From Deltaproteobacteria bacterium (GTDB lineage: Bacteria > JADJOY01), in NCBI GenBank assembly GCA_016713535.1, contig JADJOY010000027.1:141026-205025 (forward strand): a stretch of 64,000 bases of DNA, written 5' to 3'. How positions within the stretch are numbered: the stretch's first letter is position 1; every line of letters begins with the position of its first letter. Made by a program: the position numbers and the translations under genes. Positions 1 to 10,697 of this stretch are shown here, in pieces. The notes below the pieces were generated by a model that had not been told where the DNA came from, ran no database searches, and saw nothing but the letters and a program-made list of their open reading frames with translations.

Positions 1-633
1 GGAGGCATCACCTGGAAGGCGACGCGCCCGCCGGTCGCGACCGACCTGTGGCGCGACGCGCCGCCGCCCGCGGCCAACGCCGCCTTCACGACCATCGGCA
101 AGTTCCACGACGAGCACCGCGACCTCGTCCTCGGTGGTCGCACGCTGAGCTGGAGCAAGCGGCCCGAGTGGCTGAAGCTCGCGGACCTGCCGCGGCGCAC
201 GCCCGGCGCGCGCTTCCTCCTCGCCACCGGACCCGACGACGACGCGCGCCGCGTCATGGAGGCGGGCGGCTGGGAGTTCGTGGCGCCGCTCTACGTGTCG
301 TCGGAACTCGAGCGCTACCGCACGTTCATCCGCGACTCGGCGGGCGAGCTCACCGTCGCCAAGGACATGAACATCCACGTCGCGTCGGGCTGGTTCAGCG
401 ATCGCGCGGTCTGCTACCTGGCGGCGGGGCGGCCGGTCATCGACCAGGACACCGGCTTCGGCCGCTTCGTGCCCACCGGCGAGGGGCTCTTCGCGTTCCG
501 CACCGCCGACGAGGCGGTGGCGGCGATCGAGGCGTGCCTCGCCGACCCCGCGCGCCACCGCCGCCGCGCCGCCGAGCTCGCCGCCGAGCACTTCGAGGCC
601 GCCCGGGTTTGCGCGGCGCTGATCGCCGGCTGA
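1..633 (+). CDS. glycosyltransferase-like protein, C-terminal part (5' end outside the window)
   Basis: Frame 1 is open from base 1 to the TGA at 631-633; the listed ORF 256..633 is only its Met-started tail. The C-terminal sequence (ELTVAKDMNIHVASGWFSDRAVCYLAAGRPVI...FRTADEAVAAIEACLADP) resembles the C-terminal half of GT1/CgeB-type glycosyltransferases. Family call from memory only. Confidence 0.5.
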   Translation, partial: GGITWKATRPPVATDLWRDAPPPAANAAFTTIGKFHDEHRDLVLGGRTLSWSKRPEWLKLADLPRRTPGARFLLATGPDDDARRVMEAGGWEFVAPLYVSSELERYRTFIRDSAGELTVAKDMNIHVASGWFSDRAVCYLAAGRPVIDQDTGFGRFVPTGEGLFAFRTADEAVAAIEACLADPARHRRRAAELAAEHFEAARVCAALIAG

Positions 634-642
634 GACCGCACG

Positions 643-1224
643 ATGTTCGCGTGGCTCTCCGCTCACCCGCAGTGGCTCGCGCCGGCGATCTTCCTGCTCC
701 GCATCGGCGACGTGTCGCTCGGCACGGTGCGCACGATCTCGATCTTCCGCGGCCACCGCGTGCTGGCCGCGGTGATCGGCTTCTTCGAGGTGCTGATCTG
801 GCTCACCGCGGTGGGCCAGGTGCTCGGCCACCTCGATCGCTGGTACCTGGTGTTCGCCTACGCGGCCGGCTTCGCGGCAGGGAACATCGTGGGCATCGCG
901 GTGGAGGCGGCGCTCGCCATGGGCGACGCGGTGGTGCGCGTGATCTCGCCCAATCGCGAGGTCCACCTGGCTCAGGTGCTGCGCGCCGGCGACTACTTCG
1001 TCACCGCCCTCGAGGGCCACGCCGAGAAGGCCATGCCGGTCGAGGTGCTCTTCGTGGTGACCAAGCGCCGTAGCCTGAAGAAGCTGCTGGCGCTGATCGA
1101 GAAGGCCGACCCGCTCGCCTTCTGCACCGTCGAGGACGTGCGCCGGGTGCGCGAGGTGAGCGTGGGCTCGGCCTCGGGGATGGACATGTACCAGACCTGG
1201 ATCCGTCGCTCGCGGCGCAAGTAG
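643..1224 (+). CDS. UPF0316/DUF2179-family membrane protein
   Basis: 193-aa ORF with N-terminal TM helices and a C-terminal soluble domain. Its layout and sequence resemble B. subtilis YebE-type UPF0316 proteins. It starts 9 nt after the upstream stop. Confidence 0.75.
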   Translation: MFAWLSAHPQWLAPAIFLLRIGDVSLGTVRTISIFRGHRVLAAVIGFFEVLIWLTAVGQVLGHLDRWYLVFAYAAGFAAGNIVGIAVEAALAMGDAVVRVISPNREVHLAQVLRAGDYFVTALEGHAEKAMPVEVLFVVTKRRSLKKLLALIEKADPLAFCTVEDVRRVREVSVGSASGMDMYQTWIRRSRRK

Positions 1225-1334
1225 ATCGGCCGTCACGTCCGGGGCGGGGGTGGTGTAGTCTCGGCGCGATCGCCGCGCCGCGGCGCGCCCCGCGCGCCCA
1301 GCCCGTGCGCCGGAGTGATCGCGAGGAGCGACGG

Positions 1335-2525
1335 ATGAGCCAGATCGAAGCGATCCTCGAGCGCGCGGTGAGCGGTGGCGCGTCCGACATCCACGTCACG
1401 GTCGGCAAGCCGCCGATGGTGCGCCTCAAGGGTGAGCTGCTGCCGATGGAGGGACTACCGGCGCTCGATGCCGAGGCCACGCGGCGCATGGTCCTCGAGG
1501 TCCTGGACGAGGAGCAGCGGCGCGAGCTCGAGGAGCGTCACGAGCTCGACTTCGCGCTCGTGGTCCCGGACGTCGGCCGCTTCCGCGCCAACGCGTTCGT
1601 GCAGAAAAACGGCGTGTGCGCCGTGATGCGGGTGATCCCGAGCAAGATCCCCGCGCCCGCCGACCTCGGCCTCGAGGACGCGATCCTCGGCTTCACCGAG
1701 CTCCACCGCGGGCTGGTACTGGTCACGGGGCCGACCGGCTCGGGAAAGTCCACGACGCTCGCGAGCTTGCTGCAGGTCATCAACCAGAAGCGCCGCGTCC
1801 ACATCCTCACCGTCGAGGACCCGATCGAGTTCGAGTACACGAGCGACCAGAGCGTGATCTCGCAGCGCCAGGTCGGTCCGCACACCAAGAGCTTCGCCAA
1901 CGCGCTGCGCTCGGCGCTGCGCCAGGACCCCGACGTGGTGCTGATCGGCGAGATGCGCGACCTGGAGACGATCCAGATCGCGGTGACGGTCGCCGAGACC
2001 GGCCATCTGGTGTTCGGCACGCTGCACACCACCGACGCGCCGCACACCGTGGATCGCATCATCGACGTCTTCCCTGCCTACCAGCAGCAGCAGATCCGGC
2101 TCCAGCTCTCCGCGTCGCTGAAGGGCGTGGTGTGCCAGCAGCTCCTGCCACGCGCCGACGGCAAGGGCCGCGTCGCGGCGCGCGAGATCCTGGTGGTGAC
2201 CCCCGCGGTCGCGAACCTGATCCGCGAGGGCAAGACCCACCAGCTCTACAGCGCGATCGAGGCCGGCGGGCGCTACGGCATGGTGTCGCTCGACCGCTCG
2301 CTCGCCGACCTCGCCGCGAAGGGCCTCATCACCGCCGAAGAGGCGCAGAAGTACGGCAGCCAGCAGGCGACCACCGCCACGTCCGCGGCGGCTCAGGGTG
2401 GCGGCGCCGCGGCTGCGGGTGGCGCTCCAGGTGCCCGCGCCGGCGCGGCGGGCCGGTCCGGGGCGCCGGGCGGCGCCCAACCGCCGCGCACGGCACCGGG
2501 CGGCAAGGGCTTCTTCAACCGCTGA
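1335..2525 (+). CDS. pilT: type IV pilus retraction ATPase PilT
   Basis: Walker [10 protein letters not shown], Asp box [12 protein letters not shown], Walker [10 protein letters not shown], His box GTLHTTDA and the PilT signature NLIREGK are all present. The ATG at 1335 (MSQIEAIL) is preferred over 1305. The C-terminal tail is Ala/Gly/Pro-rich. Confidence 0.92.
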   Translation: MSQIEAILERAVSGGASDIHVTVGKPPMVRLKGELLPMEGLPALDAEATRRMVLEVLDEEQRRELEERHELDFALVVPDVGRFRANAFVQKNGVCAVMRVIPSKIPAPADLGLEDAILGFTELHRGLVLVTGPTGSGKSTTLASLLQVINQKRRVHILTVEDPIEFEYTSDQSVISQRQVGPHTKSFANALRSALRQDPDVVLIGEMRDLETIQIAVTVAETGHLVFGTLHTTDAPHTVDRIIDVFPAYQQQQIRLQLSASLKGVVCQQLLPRADGKGRVAAREILVVTPAVANLIREGKTHQLYSAIEAGGRYGMVSLDRSLADLAAKGLITAEEAQKYGSQQATTATSAAAQGGGAAAAGGAPGARAGAAGRSGAPGGAQPPRTAPGGKGFFNR

Positions 2526-2574
2526 GCCGAGATCCGCGAAGGCCACCACCCTCCACGCGCTCGAGCGATCGACC

Positions 2575-4239
2575 ATGAGCTCCTCCGACCTCGCAACCTT
2601 GCTCACGCGCGTGCCGATCTTCGCGGCGCTGCCCCCGGACGTCTTCGGGCAGCTCGCGGAGATCGCCGTGGAGCGCAGCTACGACGACGGCGCGACGATC
2701 TTTCGCGAGGGCGACCCGGGCGATGCCTGGTACGTGGTGGTCGACGGCGCGGTGCGGATCGTCCGCGAGCTCGACGACGGTGGCACGCTGGTGCTCACCG
2801 AGCTCGCCCCCGGCAGCTCGTTCGGCGAGATCGCGGTGTTCGACGACCTACCGCGCTCCGCTGGTGCGATCGCCGAGGGGCCGACGCGGCTGATCGAGAT
2901 CCGCCGCGGCGCGCTGCAGGCGCTCCTCGCCGACCGCCCGGCGGTGCTCGCGCGGCTGCTGGTGGCGGTGATCGCCAACCTGAGCAGCGCCGTGCGGCGA
3001 GTCACGCAGAACCTCGTGACGGTCTACGAGACCGGCAAGCTCGCCGGCACGGTGCGCGATCCCGCGCTGCTCGCGCGCGAGGTGCTGGAGCGGCTCCACG
3101 GAGCACTCGGCGCCGATCGCTCCGCGATCGGGCTCTGGAATCCGTACGCCGAGAGCTACGAGTGGCTCACGGTGGGCGAGTCGGGTGAGGGCGAGGAAGC
3201 AGGCGCCGGGCCTCTCGACGCCGAGCACCCGTTCATCGCAGCGGCTTTCGAGGCCGGCGAGGCCGTGATCCTCGAGCGCGCCGCCGACGGCGCGGGTGCC
3301 GACCGCGAGTCGGGCGGCGCTGCGCCGTGGCTCGGCGCCGCCACCATCGTGGTGCCCCTCGTCCACGACGGCGAGGGTCTCGGCGTGCTGGTCTTCGCCA
3401 CCGATCGCGAGGGCGCGTTCGGCGACGACCAGCAAAAGCTCGCGGGCGCCACCGCGCTGCAGGTCGCGGGCGCGCTCGCGCTCGCTCGCCACGAACGCGA
3501 CGAGCGCGATCGGGAGCGGCTGGAGCGGTCGCGCGCGCGGCCCCCGGGGGCGGCCGGGGGCCGGGGCGGGGGGGGGGGGGCCCGGGGGGGGGGGGGCCCG
3601 CGCGCCGGGGGTTCCTCGCCGCGGCGGGGGGGGCCCCTCCCCCGGCGCCGGGGCCCGCCGGGGGGGGGGGGGGGGGGGGGGCGGGGGGGGGGGCCCCCGG
3701 GGGGCCTCCGGGGGCCGGGGGCGGGGGGGGGGGGCCGCGGGGGGGGGGGCCCCCGGGGGGCGGGTTTCCCGGGGGGGGGGGGGGTTTTTTCTGTCTCCCG
3801 GGGGGGCCCGCGGGGGGGGGGGGGGGGGGGGGGGCGGGGGCCCGGGGGGGGCCCGGGGGGCCTCCGGGGGGCGGGTTCCCCGGGGGGGGGGGGCGGGGGG
3901 GGGGGGGGCCCCCGGGGGCCGGGTCCCCGGGGGGGGGCGGGGGGTCCCTCCCCCCGCGCCGGGGCCCGCCGGGGGGGGGCGGCGGCTCGCGCGCACGCGG
4001 CGCCTCGTGACGCGTTCGAGCGCCGGCTCGGTGACGGAGCGCCGCGGGGGGACGGAGCCCCCCGCGCTACGAAATCCAGCGTAGCGACGGGGGTTTCATC
4101 CCCCGTCGCCGGGCACCGCCGATGTGGAGCGGCGGCAGCGGTCGCGCGCCCGCGGCGCCTCGTGACGCGTTCGAGCGCCGGCTCGGTGACGGAGCGCCGC
4201 GAGGAGACGGAGCCCGCCGCGCTACGAAAATCATCGTAG
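2575..4239 (+). CDS. cyclic-nucleotide-binding domain + GAF domain protein (3' end unreliable)
   Basis: ATG at 2575 (MSSSDLATLL). The cNMP-binding motif FGEIAVFDDLPRSAGAIA is present and a GAF-like region runs to about 3530. From 3541 the frame reads through a G/C-only tract and two repeat units, so the nominal stop at 4239 is probably not the native one. Confidence 0.7.
   Translation: MSSSDLATLLTRVPIFAALPPDVFGQLAEIAVERSYDDGATIFREGDPGDAWYVVVDGAVRIVRELDDGGTLVLTELAPGSSFGEIAVFDDLPRSAGAIAEGPTRLIEIRRGALQALLADRPAVLARLLVAVIANLSSAVRRVTQNLVTVYETGKLAGTVRDPALLAREVLERLHGALGADRSAIGLWNPYAESYEWLTVGESGEGEEAGAGPLDAEHPFIAAAFEAGEAVILERAADGAGADRESGGAAPWLGAATIVVPLVHDGEGLGVLVFATDREGAFGDDQQKLAGATALQVAGALALARHERDERDRERLERSRARPPGAAGGRGGGGGARGGGGPRAGGSSPRRGGPLPRRRGPPGGGGGGGRGGGPPGGLRGPGAGGGGRGGGGPRGAGFPGGGGVFSVSRGGPRGGGGGGGRGPGGGPGGLRGAGSPGGGGGGGGGPRGPGPRGGAGGPSPRAGARRGGAAARAHAAPRDAFERRLGDGAPRGDGAPRATKSSVATGVSSPVAGHRRCGAAAAVARPRRLVTRSSAGSVTERREETEPAALRKSS
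3541..3985. repeat. G/C-only low-complexity tract (G-rich on + strand)
   Basis: About 445 nt contain almost no A/T. G runs of 22 nt (3660-3681) and 23 nt (3812-3834) occur. Internal ~150-bp periodicity and residual GGGTTTC/GGGTTCC cores match the adjacent repeat unit. Confidence 0.9.
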
Positions 4240-4265
4240 CGACGGGGGTTTCATCCCCCGTCGCC
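3996..4265 (+). repeat. two tandem ~147-bp units of the REP-A hairpin repeat
   Basis: GCGCCTCGTGACGCGTTCGAGCGCCGGCTCGGTGACGGAGCGCCGC...GCGCTACGAAA(n)CGTAGCGACGGGGGTTTCATCCCCCGTCGCCGG occurs twice, starting at 3999 and 4146. Confidence 0.9.
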
Positions 4266-4346
4266 GGTCTCGATCACCTCGAATGAGCGGCCCGGATGGA
4301 ACGATCCACAGTCCCTCCGTCGAGCCCGCCCCCAGCGTAGCGCCGC

Positions 4347-5744
4347 TCAGCTCTCCTCGACCCGCGGCACCGCCGACGTCACCTCGAGCCGGCTGGTCAC
4401 GGTCTTCGGCCCGCGGAACACGATCCACACCACCAGCATGAACGCGATCAGCGCGAGCGCCAGCGCCAAGCCCCACCACAGCCCGGCGAGCCCCATGTGC
4501 TGCTGGAAGGCGAGCGTTCCGGCGAGCGGCAGCGCCAGCAAGTAGTAGCCCACCAGGTTGAACACCGCGGCCGGGCGCGTACGCCCCATGCCGCGCAGGA
4601 TGCCGCCGCCCACCCCCTGGGTGCCGTCGAAGAGCTGGAAGGTGGCGGCGATCGGCAGGATCGTCGCGGCGAGCGCCGCCACCGACGGGTCCGCGCCGTA
4701 GAACCTGGGTAGCTGGTGGCGGAAGAGCGCGAACACGGACGCCGAGCCGGCCATCGCCGCGGCGCCCACCGCGAGTGCCAAGTGCGCGGTGCGCTGCGCG
4801 CGGCGCGGATCTCCTTCACCGATCAGGTGGCCCACCCGGGTGGCCGCGCCCGCGGCGATCCCCATCGGGATCATGAACGCGAGCGACGCCATGTTGAGGA
4901 CGATCGCGTGCGCCGCGAGCTCCACGCGCCCGAGCCGCCCCGCGAGCAGCGTCGCCACCTGGAACGCCCAGATCTCGAGGAAGTAGGTGACGCCGGTGGG
5001 GATGCCGATGCGCGCGATCTGCTTCCAGCCCGCGACGTCGAAGGCGTGCCGGCCCCACGGGATCCACGCTCCCTCGTGGAGCTTGAGCACCCACACCATC
5101 CCGGCGAGCAGCCCGAACATGACGAGCCGCGTGATGCCGGTGGCGATGCCGCTGCCGGTGAGGCCGAGCGCCGGGATGCCGAGGTGGCCGTAGATCAGCG
5201 CCCAGTCGAGGAGCGCGTTCATGAGATTGCCGATCACCACCACGATCACGATCGGGATCGGACGCCCACGGTTCACCAGGTACATCTGCACGGCGGTGGT
5301 CGCCATGTAGAAGGGCAGCGTGGGGATCTGCACCCACACGAAACGCGCGGCGCGGGTGGCGAGGTCCGGGCTCTGGCCGAGGGCGATCAGCACCGGCCGC
5401 GCGAAGCCCCACGCGAGCGCGATCGGCACGCTCACCAGCGCCGCCACCACCAGCCCGCGCTGGAACGCGATCGCGACGCCGCGCCCATCCTGCGCGCCGT
5501 GCGCCTGGCTGATGAGCGGGTCGACGCCGAGCACCACGCCGAGGCCGAGGATCCAGGTGCCGTTCGTCCACAACAGCCCGAGCGACGCCGCCGCCACCGC
5601 GTCGGTGCCGACGTGGCCGACCATGAGCATGTCGACCACGCCCAGCATCATGCTGCCGACCTGGTAAAGCGTGATCGGCAGCGCGATCGCGAGCAGGCGG
5701 CGCAGGTCCTCGCGCGCGGAGACTGGGGCGGTCGTGGGCGCCAT
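4347..5744 (-). CDS. MATE family efflux transporter
   Basis: A 466-aa polytopic membrane protein when started at MAPTTAPVSAREDLRRLLAIALPI (ATG at 5744). Typical MATE N-terminus and 12-TM pattern. The listed ORF start at 6020 adds an implausible extension. Confidence 0.85.
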   Translation of the reverse strand: MAPTTAPVSAREDLRRLLAIALPITLYQVGSMMLGVVDMLMVGHVGTDAVAAASLGLLWTNGTWILGLGVVLGVDPLISQAHGAQDGRGVAIAFQRGLVVAALVSVPIALAWGFARPVLIALGQSPDLATRAARFVWVQIPTLPFYMATTAVQMYLVNRGRPIPIVIVVVIGNLMNALLDWALIYGHLGIPALGLTGSGIATGITRLVMFGLLAGMVWVLKLHEGAWIPWGRHAFDVAGWKQIARIGIPTGVTYFLEIWAFQVATLLAGRLGRVELAAHAIVLNMASLAFMIPMGIAAGAATRVGHLIGEGDPRRAQRTAHLALAVGAAAMAGSASVFALFRHQLPRFYGADPSVAALAATILPIAATFQLFDGTQGVGGGILRGMGRTRPAAVFNLVGYYLLALPLAGTLAFQQHMGLAGLWWGLALALALIAFMLVVWIVFRGPKTVTSRLEVTSAVPRVEES

Positions 5745-5889
5745 CGCTCGGCCCGGCACGGCGGTGGCGGGGCGCGCCGGTCCAGGGCGCGATCTCGCCG
5801 GCAGGCCAAGAGCGCATCCTACTCCGATCGACCGCGAAACGCCCGCGGCGGTGTTGATCACGCCCGGACCGGGGCGTAGCCTCGGCGCC

Positions 5890-7922
<2,033 letters not shown>

Positions 7923-7996
7923 GCCGATGACCGCCGCCACCCGACCGAGCGCCACTCCGCGCGTGCGCGCGCGCACGCCTCGCCGCGCTGCGCCGC

Positions 7997-8140
7997 GTGA
8001 TCCGCCAGGTGATCGGCGCACCCGACTACGACACCTACCTCGACCACTGCCGCACCGCCGGCCACCCCCCGCGCCTCACCCAGCCCGAATACGTCCGCGA
8101 GTTCTTCGAGCGCAAAGGCCGCGCCCCGCGCTGCTGCTGA
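7997..8140 (+). CDS. YbdD/YjiX-family small protein (DUF466), start uncertain
   Basis: The frame-2 translation ...VIRQVIGAPDYDTYLDHCRTAGHPPRLTQPEYVREFFERKGRAPRCC* matches the conserved small protein found downstream of cstA. The frame stays open and looks protein-like back to 7931 without a start codon. An ATG at 7927 lies in another frame, so an indel is likely. Confidence 0.7.
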   Translation: MIRQVIGAPDYDTYLDHCRTAGHPPRLTQPEYVREFFERKGRAPRCC

Positions 8141-8258
<118 letters not shown>

Positions 8259-8278
8259 TGGCTGTATAGGGGCGAGCG

Positions 8279-8806
8279 TCAGCTCGCGGCCGCGACCTGC
8301 GGCGGCGACGGGGGGGGGGGGAGCGCCGCCCTCCAGCCGCGGCGTGCGGGTTCGGGAGGGCTGACGCCCTCCCCTACACCACCCTCCACGTGGTGCATGG
8401 GCGTGTCACCCGGGCTCCCCCCCCCCCGCCCCCCGGCCCCCCCCCCCCCGGCCCCCCGGCCCCCCCCCCCCGGGGGCCCGGGCGCGGCCGCGAGCGCGGG
8501 GGGGCCCCGCGCGCTGGAAATCCCAGCCCGGGTGACGTCGGCGATCTCGATGCGGAAGTACTGGTACCACTTCTCGCGGCCGAGCTTCTGGGCGAGGCGG
8601 TGGCGCTCGTCGGTGGCCCAGAGCCGCATGGTGGCGGCGTCCTGCCAGTGGATGACGGAGAGCCGCTCGCCGTCCTCGCTCTTGAAGCTCTTGAAGTCCT
8701 TGAAGCCCGGCGTGCCGCGGGCGCGCTCGATCATCTCGGCGGCCATGCTGGAGTAGTCTTCGCCGGCCTCTGAGGTGAGCCGCGACCAGAAGAGCACCAC
8801 GATCAT
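8279..8806 (-). CDS. antibiotic-biosynthesis-monooxygenase (ABM)-like protein (3' end unreliable)
   Basis: MIVVLFWSRLTSEAGEDYSSMAAEMIERARGTPGFKDFKSFKSEDGERLSVIHWQDAATMRLWATDERHRLAQKLGREKWYQYFRIEIADV is a typical ~100-aa ABM domain (8515-8806). Below about 8515 the frame runs into the poly-C tract, so the true stop is unknown. Confidence 0.7.
   Translation of the reverse strand: MIVVLFWSRLTSEAGEDYSSMAAEMIERARGTPGFKDFKSFKSEDGERLSVIHWQDAATMRLWATDERHRLAQKLGREKWYQYFRIEIADVTRAGISSARGPPALAAAPGPPGGGGRGAGGGGAGGRGGGSPGDTPMHHVEGGVGEGVSPPEPARRGWRAALPPPPSPPQVAAAS
8400..8515. repeat. G/C-only tract, C-rich on + strand
   Basis: CCCGGGCTCCCCCCCCCCCGCCCCCCGGCCCCCCCCCCCCCGG.... This is the mirror composition of 8141-8258 and lies at the 3' end of the minus-strand ABM gene. 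Confidence 0.9.
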
Positions 8807-8890
8807 CGAGAGATCCTCCTGCTCGCCGGTTGTCTTGCACGGGCCGGCGAGCGAGAGCCCGACGATAGCGAGACCGAGCGAGATCCGCGA

Positions 8891-9490
8891 ATGGCCAAGA
8901 CCCGAGCGCTGATCGTGTTCGCCCACGGCGCCGGCGCGCCGTCGTCGTCCGCGTGGATGTTGTCGTGGCGCGCGCGGCTCGCGGCGCTCGGCGACGTCGT
9001 GACGTTCGATTACCCGTACATGGCCGCCGGGCGGAAAGCACCTGACCGGCTACCCGTGCTGATCGAGTGCCACCGCGCCGTGCTCGCCGACGCGCGCGCC
9101 CGCTTTCCGCGCAACCGCCCGGTGGTGCTCGCGGGGAAGTCGATGGGCTCGCGGGTCGGCGCCTACGTGAGCCTCGACGAGAAAGTCGACGGCCTGGTGT
9201 GCCTGGGCTTTCCCCTCGGCCGCACGCCCGACGCCAAGCGCGACGAGCTCTTGCGCTCGCTGGCCACCCCGGTGCTCTTCGTTCAGGGCAGCCGCGACAC
9301 GCTCTGCCCCCTCGAGCGCCTCCAGGCGGTGCGGCGCGAGATGCGGGCGCGGAACGAGCTGCACGTGGTCGCCGAAGGCGATCACTCGCTGATCGTGGGG
9401 AAGCGGATCCTCGCGGCGAGCGCGCGGACGCAGGAAGACGTGGACGCCACGGCCTTCGCCGCGATCCGGGAGTTCGTGGCGTCGCTCTAG
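8891..9490 (+). CDS. alpha/beta-fold hydrolase (COG3571/KANL3-like)
   Basis: 199-aa ORF with FAHGAGA near the N-terminus, the nucleophile elbow GKSMGS and a late GDH motif. Confidence 0.75.
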   Translation: MAKTRALIVFAHGAGAPSSSAWMLSWRARLAALGDVVTFDYPYMAAGRKAPDRLPVLIECHRAVLADARARFPRNRPVVLAGKSMGSRVGAYVSLDEKVDGLVCLGFPLGRTPDAKRDELLRSLATPVLFVQGSRDTLCPLERLQAVRREMRARNELHVVAEGDHSLIVGKRILAASARTQEDVDATAFAAIREFVASL

Positions 9491-9523
9491 GCGGCGAGCG
9501 GGTGCGGCTCGACGCTGGGATCC

Positions 9524-9582
9524 GTAGCGCGGGGGCTTGTCCCCCGCCCAACGCCGGAGCGGGGGACGAGCCCCCGCGCTAC
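9524..9582. repeat. palindromic variant of REP-A between convergent genes
   Basis: GTAGCGCGGGGGCTTGTCCCCCGC-ccaacgccgga-GCGGGGGACGAGCCCCCGCGCTAC. The two halves are reverse complements (23 of 24). It sits between the hydrolase stop and the lspA stop and may act as a bidirectional terminator. Confidence 0.8.
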
Positions 9583-10085
9583 GGGGCCGAGCCGGAGGCC
9601 CGAGTCGGCGCGGGCTTGCGCTCGTCGAGGGCGCCGCTCCAGATCAAGAGCACCACCCCAACGACGATCCCGATGTCGGCGACGTTGAAGGTCCAGTAGC
9701 GGTAGCGGCCGACGCCGACGTCGATGAAGTCGACGACGCCCCGCGCCGACATGGCGCGATCGACCAGGTTGCCGATCGCGCCGCCCAGGATCATCCCGAG
9801 GGCCGCGGCCGCTCGTCCGTCTCGCCCGGCGAGCCTCGCGTATTGCCACCCGATCACGCCGATCGCGATCACTCCGAACGCGACCAGCGCGAAGCGGTGC
9901 ACCGGCACCCCCGCCGCCGCCCGGGTGTTGAACGCGAGCGTGAGCCGCAGCACGTCACCGATCACGCGCACCGGCGGCCCACCGGCCGGGAGCAGCTCGA
10001 CGGCGAGGTGGTTGGGGGGGCGATCCGTGCCGAGGAGGAGCAGCGTGGCGAGCGGGAACGGGCGTGCGTGGCGGCTCACGCGCAC
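9579..10085 (-). CDS. lspA: lipoprotein signal peptidase (signal peptidase II)
   Basis: Conserved LspA blocks are present: [22 protein letters not shown] and VDFIDVG...[10 protein letters not shown]. The start is GTG. The N-terminal TM1 looks a few residues short, so the start is uncertain. Confidence 0.85.
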   Translation of the reverse strand: MRVSRHARPFPLATLLLLGTDRPPNHLAVELLPAGGPPVRVIGDVLRLTLAFNTRAAAGVPVHRFALVAFGVIAIGVIGWQYARLAGRDGRAAAALGMILGGAIGNLVDRAMSARGVVDFIDVGVGRYRYWTFNVADIGIVVGVVLLIWSGALDERKPAPTRASGSAP

Positions 10086-10149
10086 CCTCCCCGAGCCGGC
10101 ACGCGGACCCGGAGCTCACGAAGCAACCGAACGCGACCGAGGCGCTCGC

Positions 10150-10243
10150 GGGGGGACGGAGCCCCCCGCGCTACGAGAACGACCGTAGCGACGGTCACGG
10201 CCACGGTGCGCGCCGTAGCGACGGGGGTTCCATCCCCCGTCGC
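10150..10243 (+). repeat. REP-A copy (with a ~30-nt insertion between hairpins)
   Basis: GGGGGGACGGAGCCCCCCGCGCTACGAGAACGACCGTAGCGACGG...CGTAGCGACGGGGGTTCCATCCCCCGTCGC. Confidence 0.85.
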
Positions 10244-10293
10244 GGGCTTCACGCGAACGCCATGGACGACGCAGGTCGAAAGCGCCACAGGAT

Positions 10294-10506
10294 TCAATGG
10301 TCGGTGTTGGTGGTCTTCTTGGCGTCGTCGACGATGTCGCCGATCGCGTCGGTCGCCTTGCCGAACTCGCTGCGCTCCCAGATGAAGCACATCGGCCCAG
10401 CCGGCACCTTGCACGTGTAACCCACCTTGTCCGACTGCGCCTTGCCGAGCAGCCCCCACGCGATCACGAACGCCGCGACACCCAGCAGAATCCCTACGTT
10501 CTTCAT
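10294..10506 (-). CDS. small membrane-anchored hypothetical protein (70 aa)
   Basis: MKNVGILLGVAAFVIAWGLLGKAQ... has one N-terminal TM helix. ATG at 10506. No family recognised. Confidence 0.45.
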   Translation of the reverse strand: MKNVGILLGVAAFVIAWGLLGKAQSDKVGYTCKVPAGPMCFIWERSEFGKATDAIGDIVDDAKKTTNTDH

Positions 10507-10697
10507 GCTCCCCCCTCCGCTCGCGCGACGGCGCCGAGCCGCGCCAAGCATGGCATTCCCACGCGAGGCGCTGCTACCGGGCGGGCACGCCCGAAGCGTG
10601 CGGGTGGGGCGCGCCCGAGCGCCCCGCCCCACCCCGGCGCGGTTAAGCTGCGCGGGTCCTGCACCGCGATCGTCGCCGATCGCCGAGGTCTTCCCTC

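Noticed and set aside
2848-4084. Gly/Pro/Arg-rich ORFs (382, 262, 227 aa) over the G/C-only tract
   Set aside because: They are pure consequences of the low-complexity G/C sequence.
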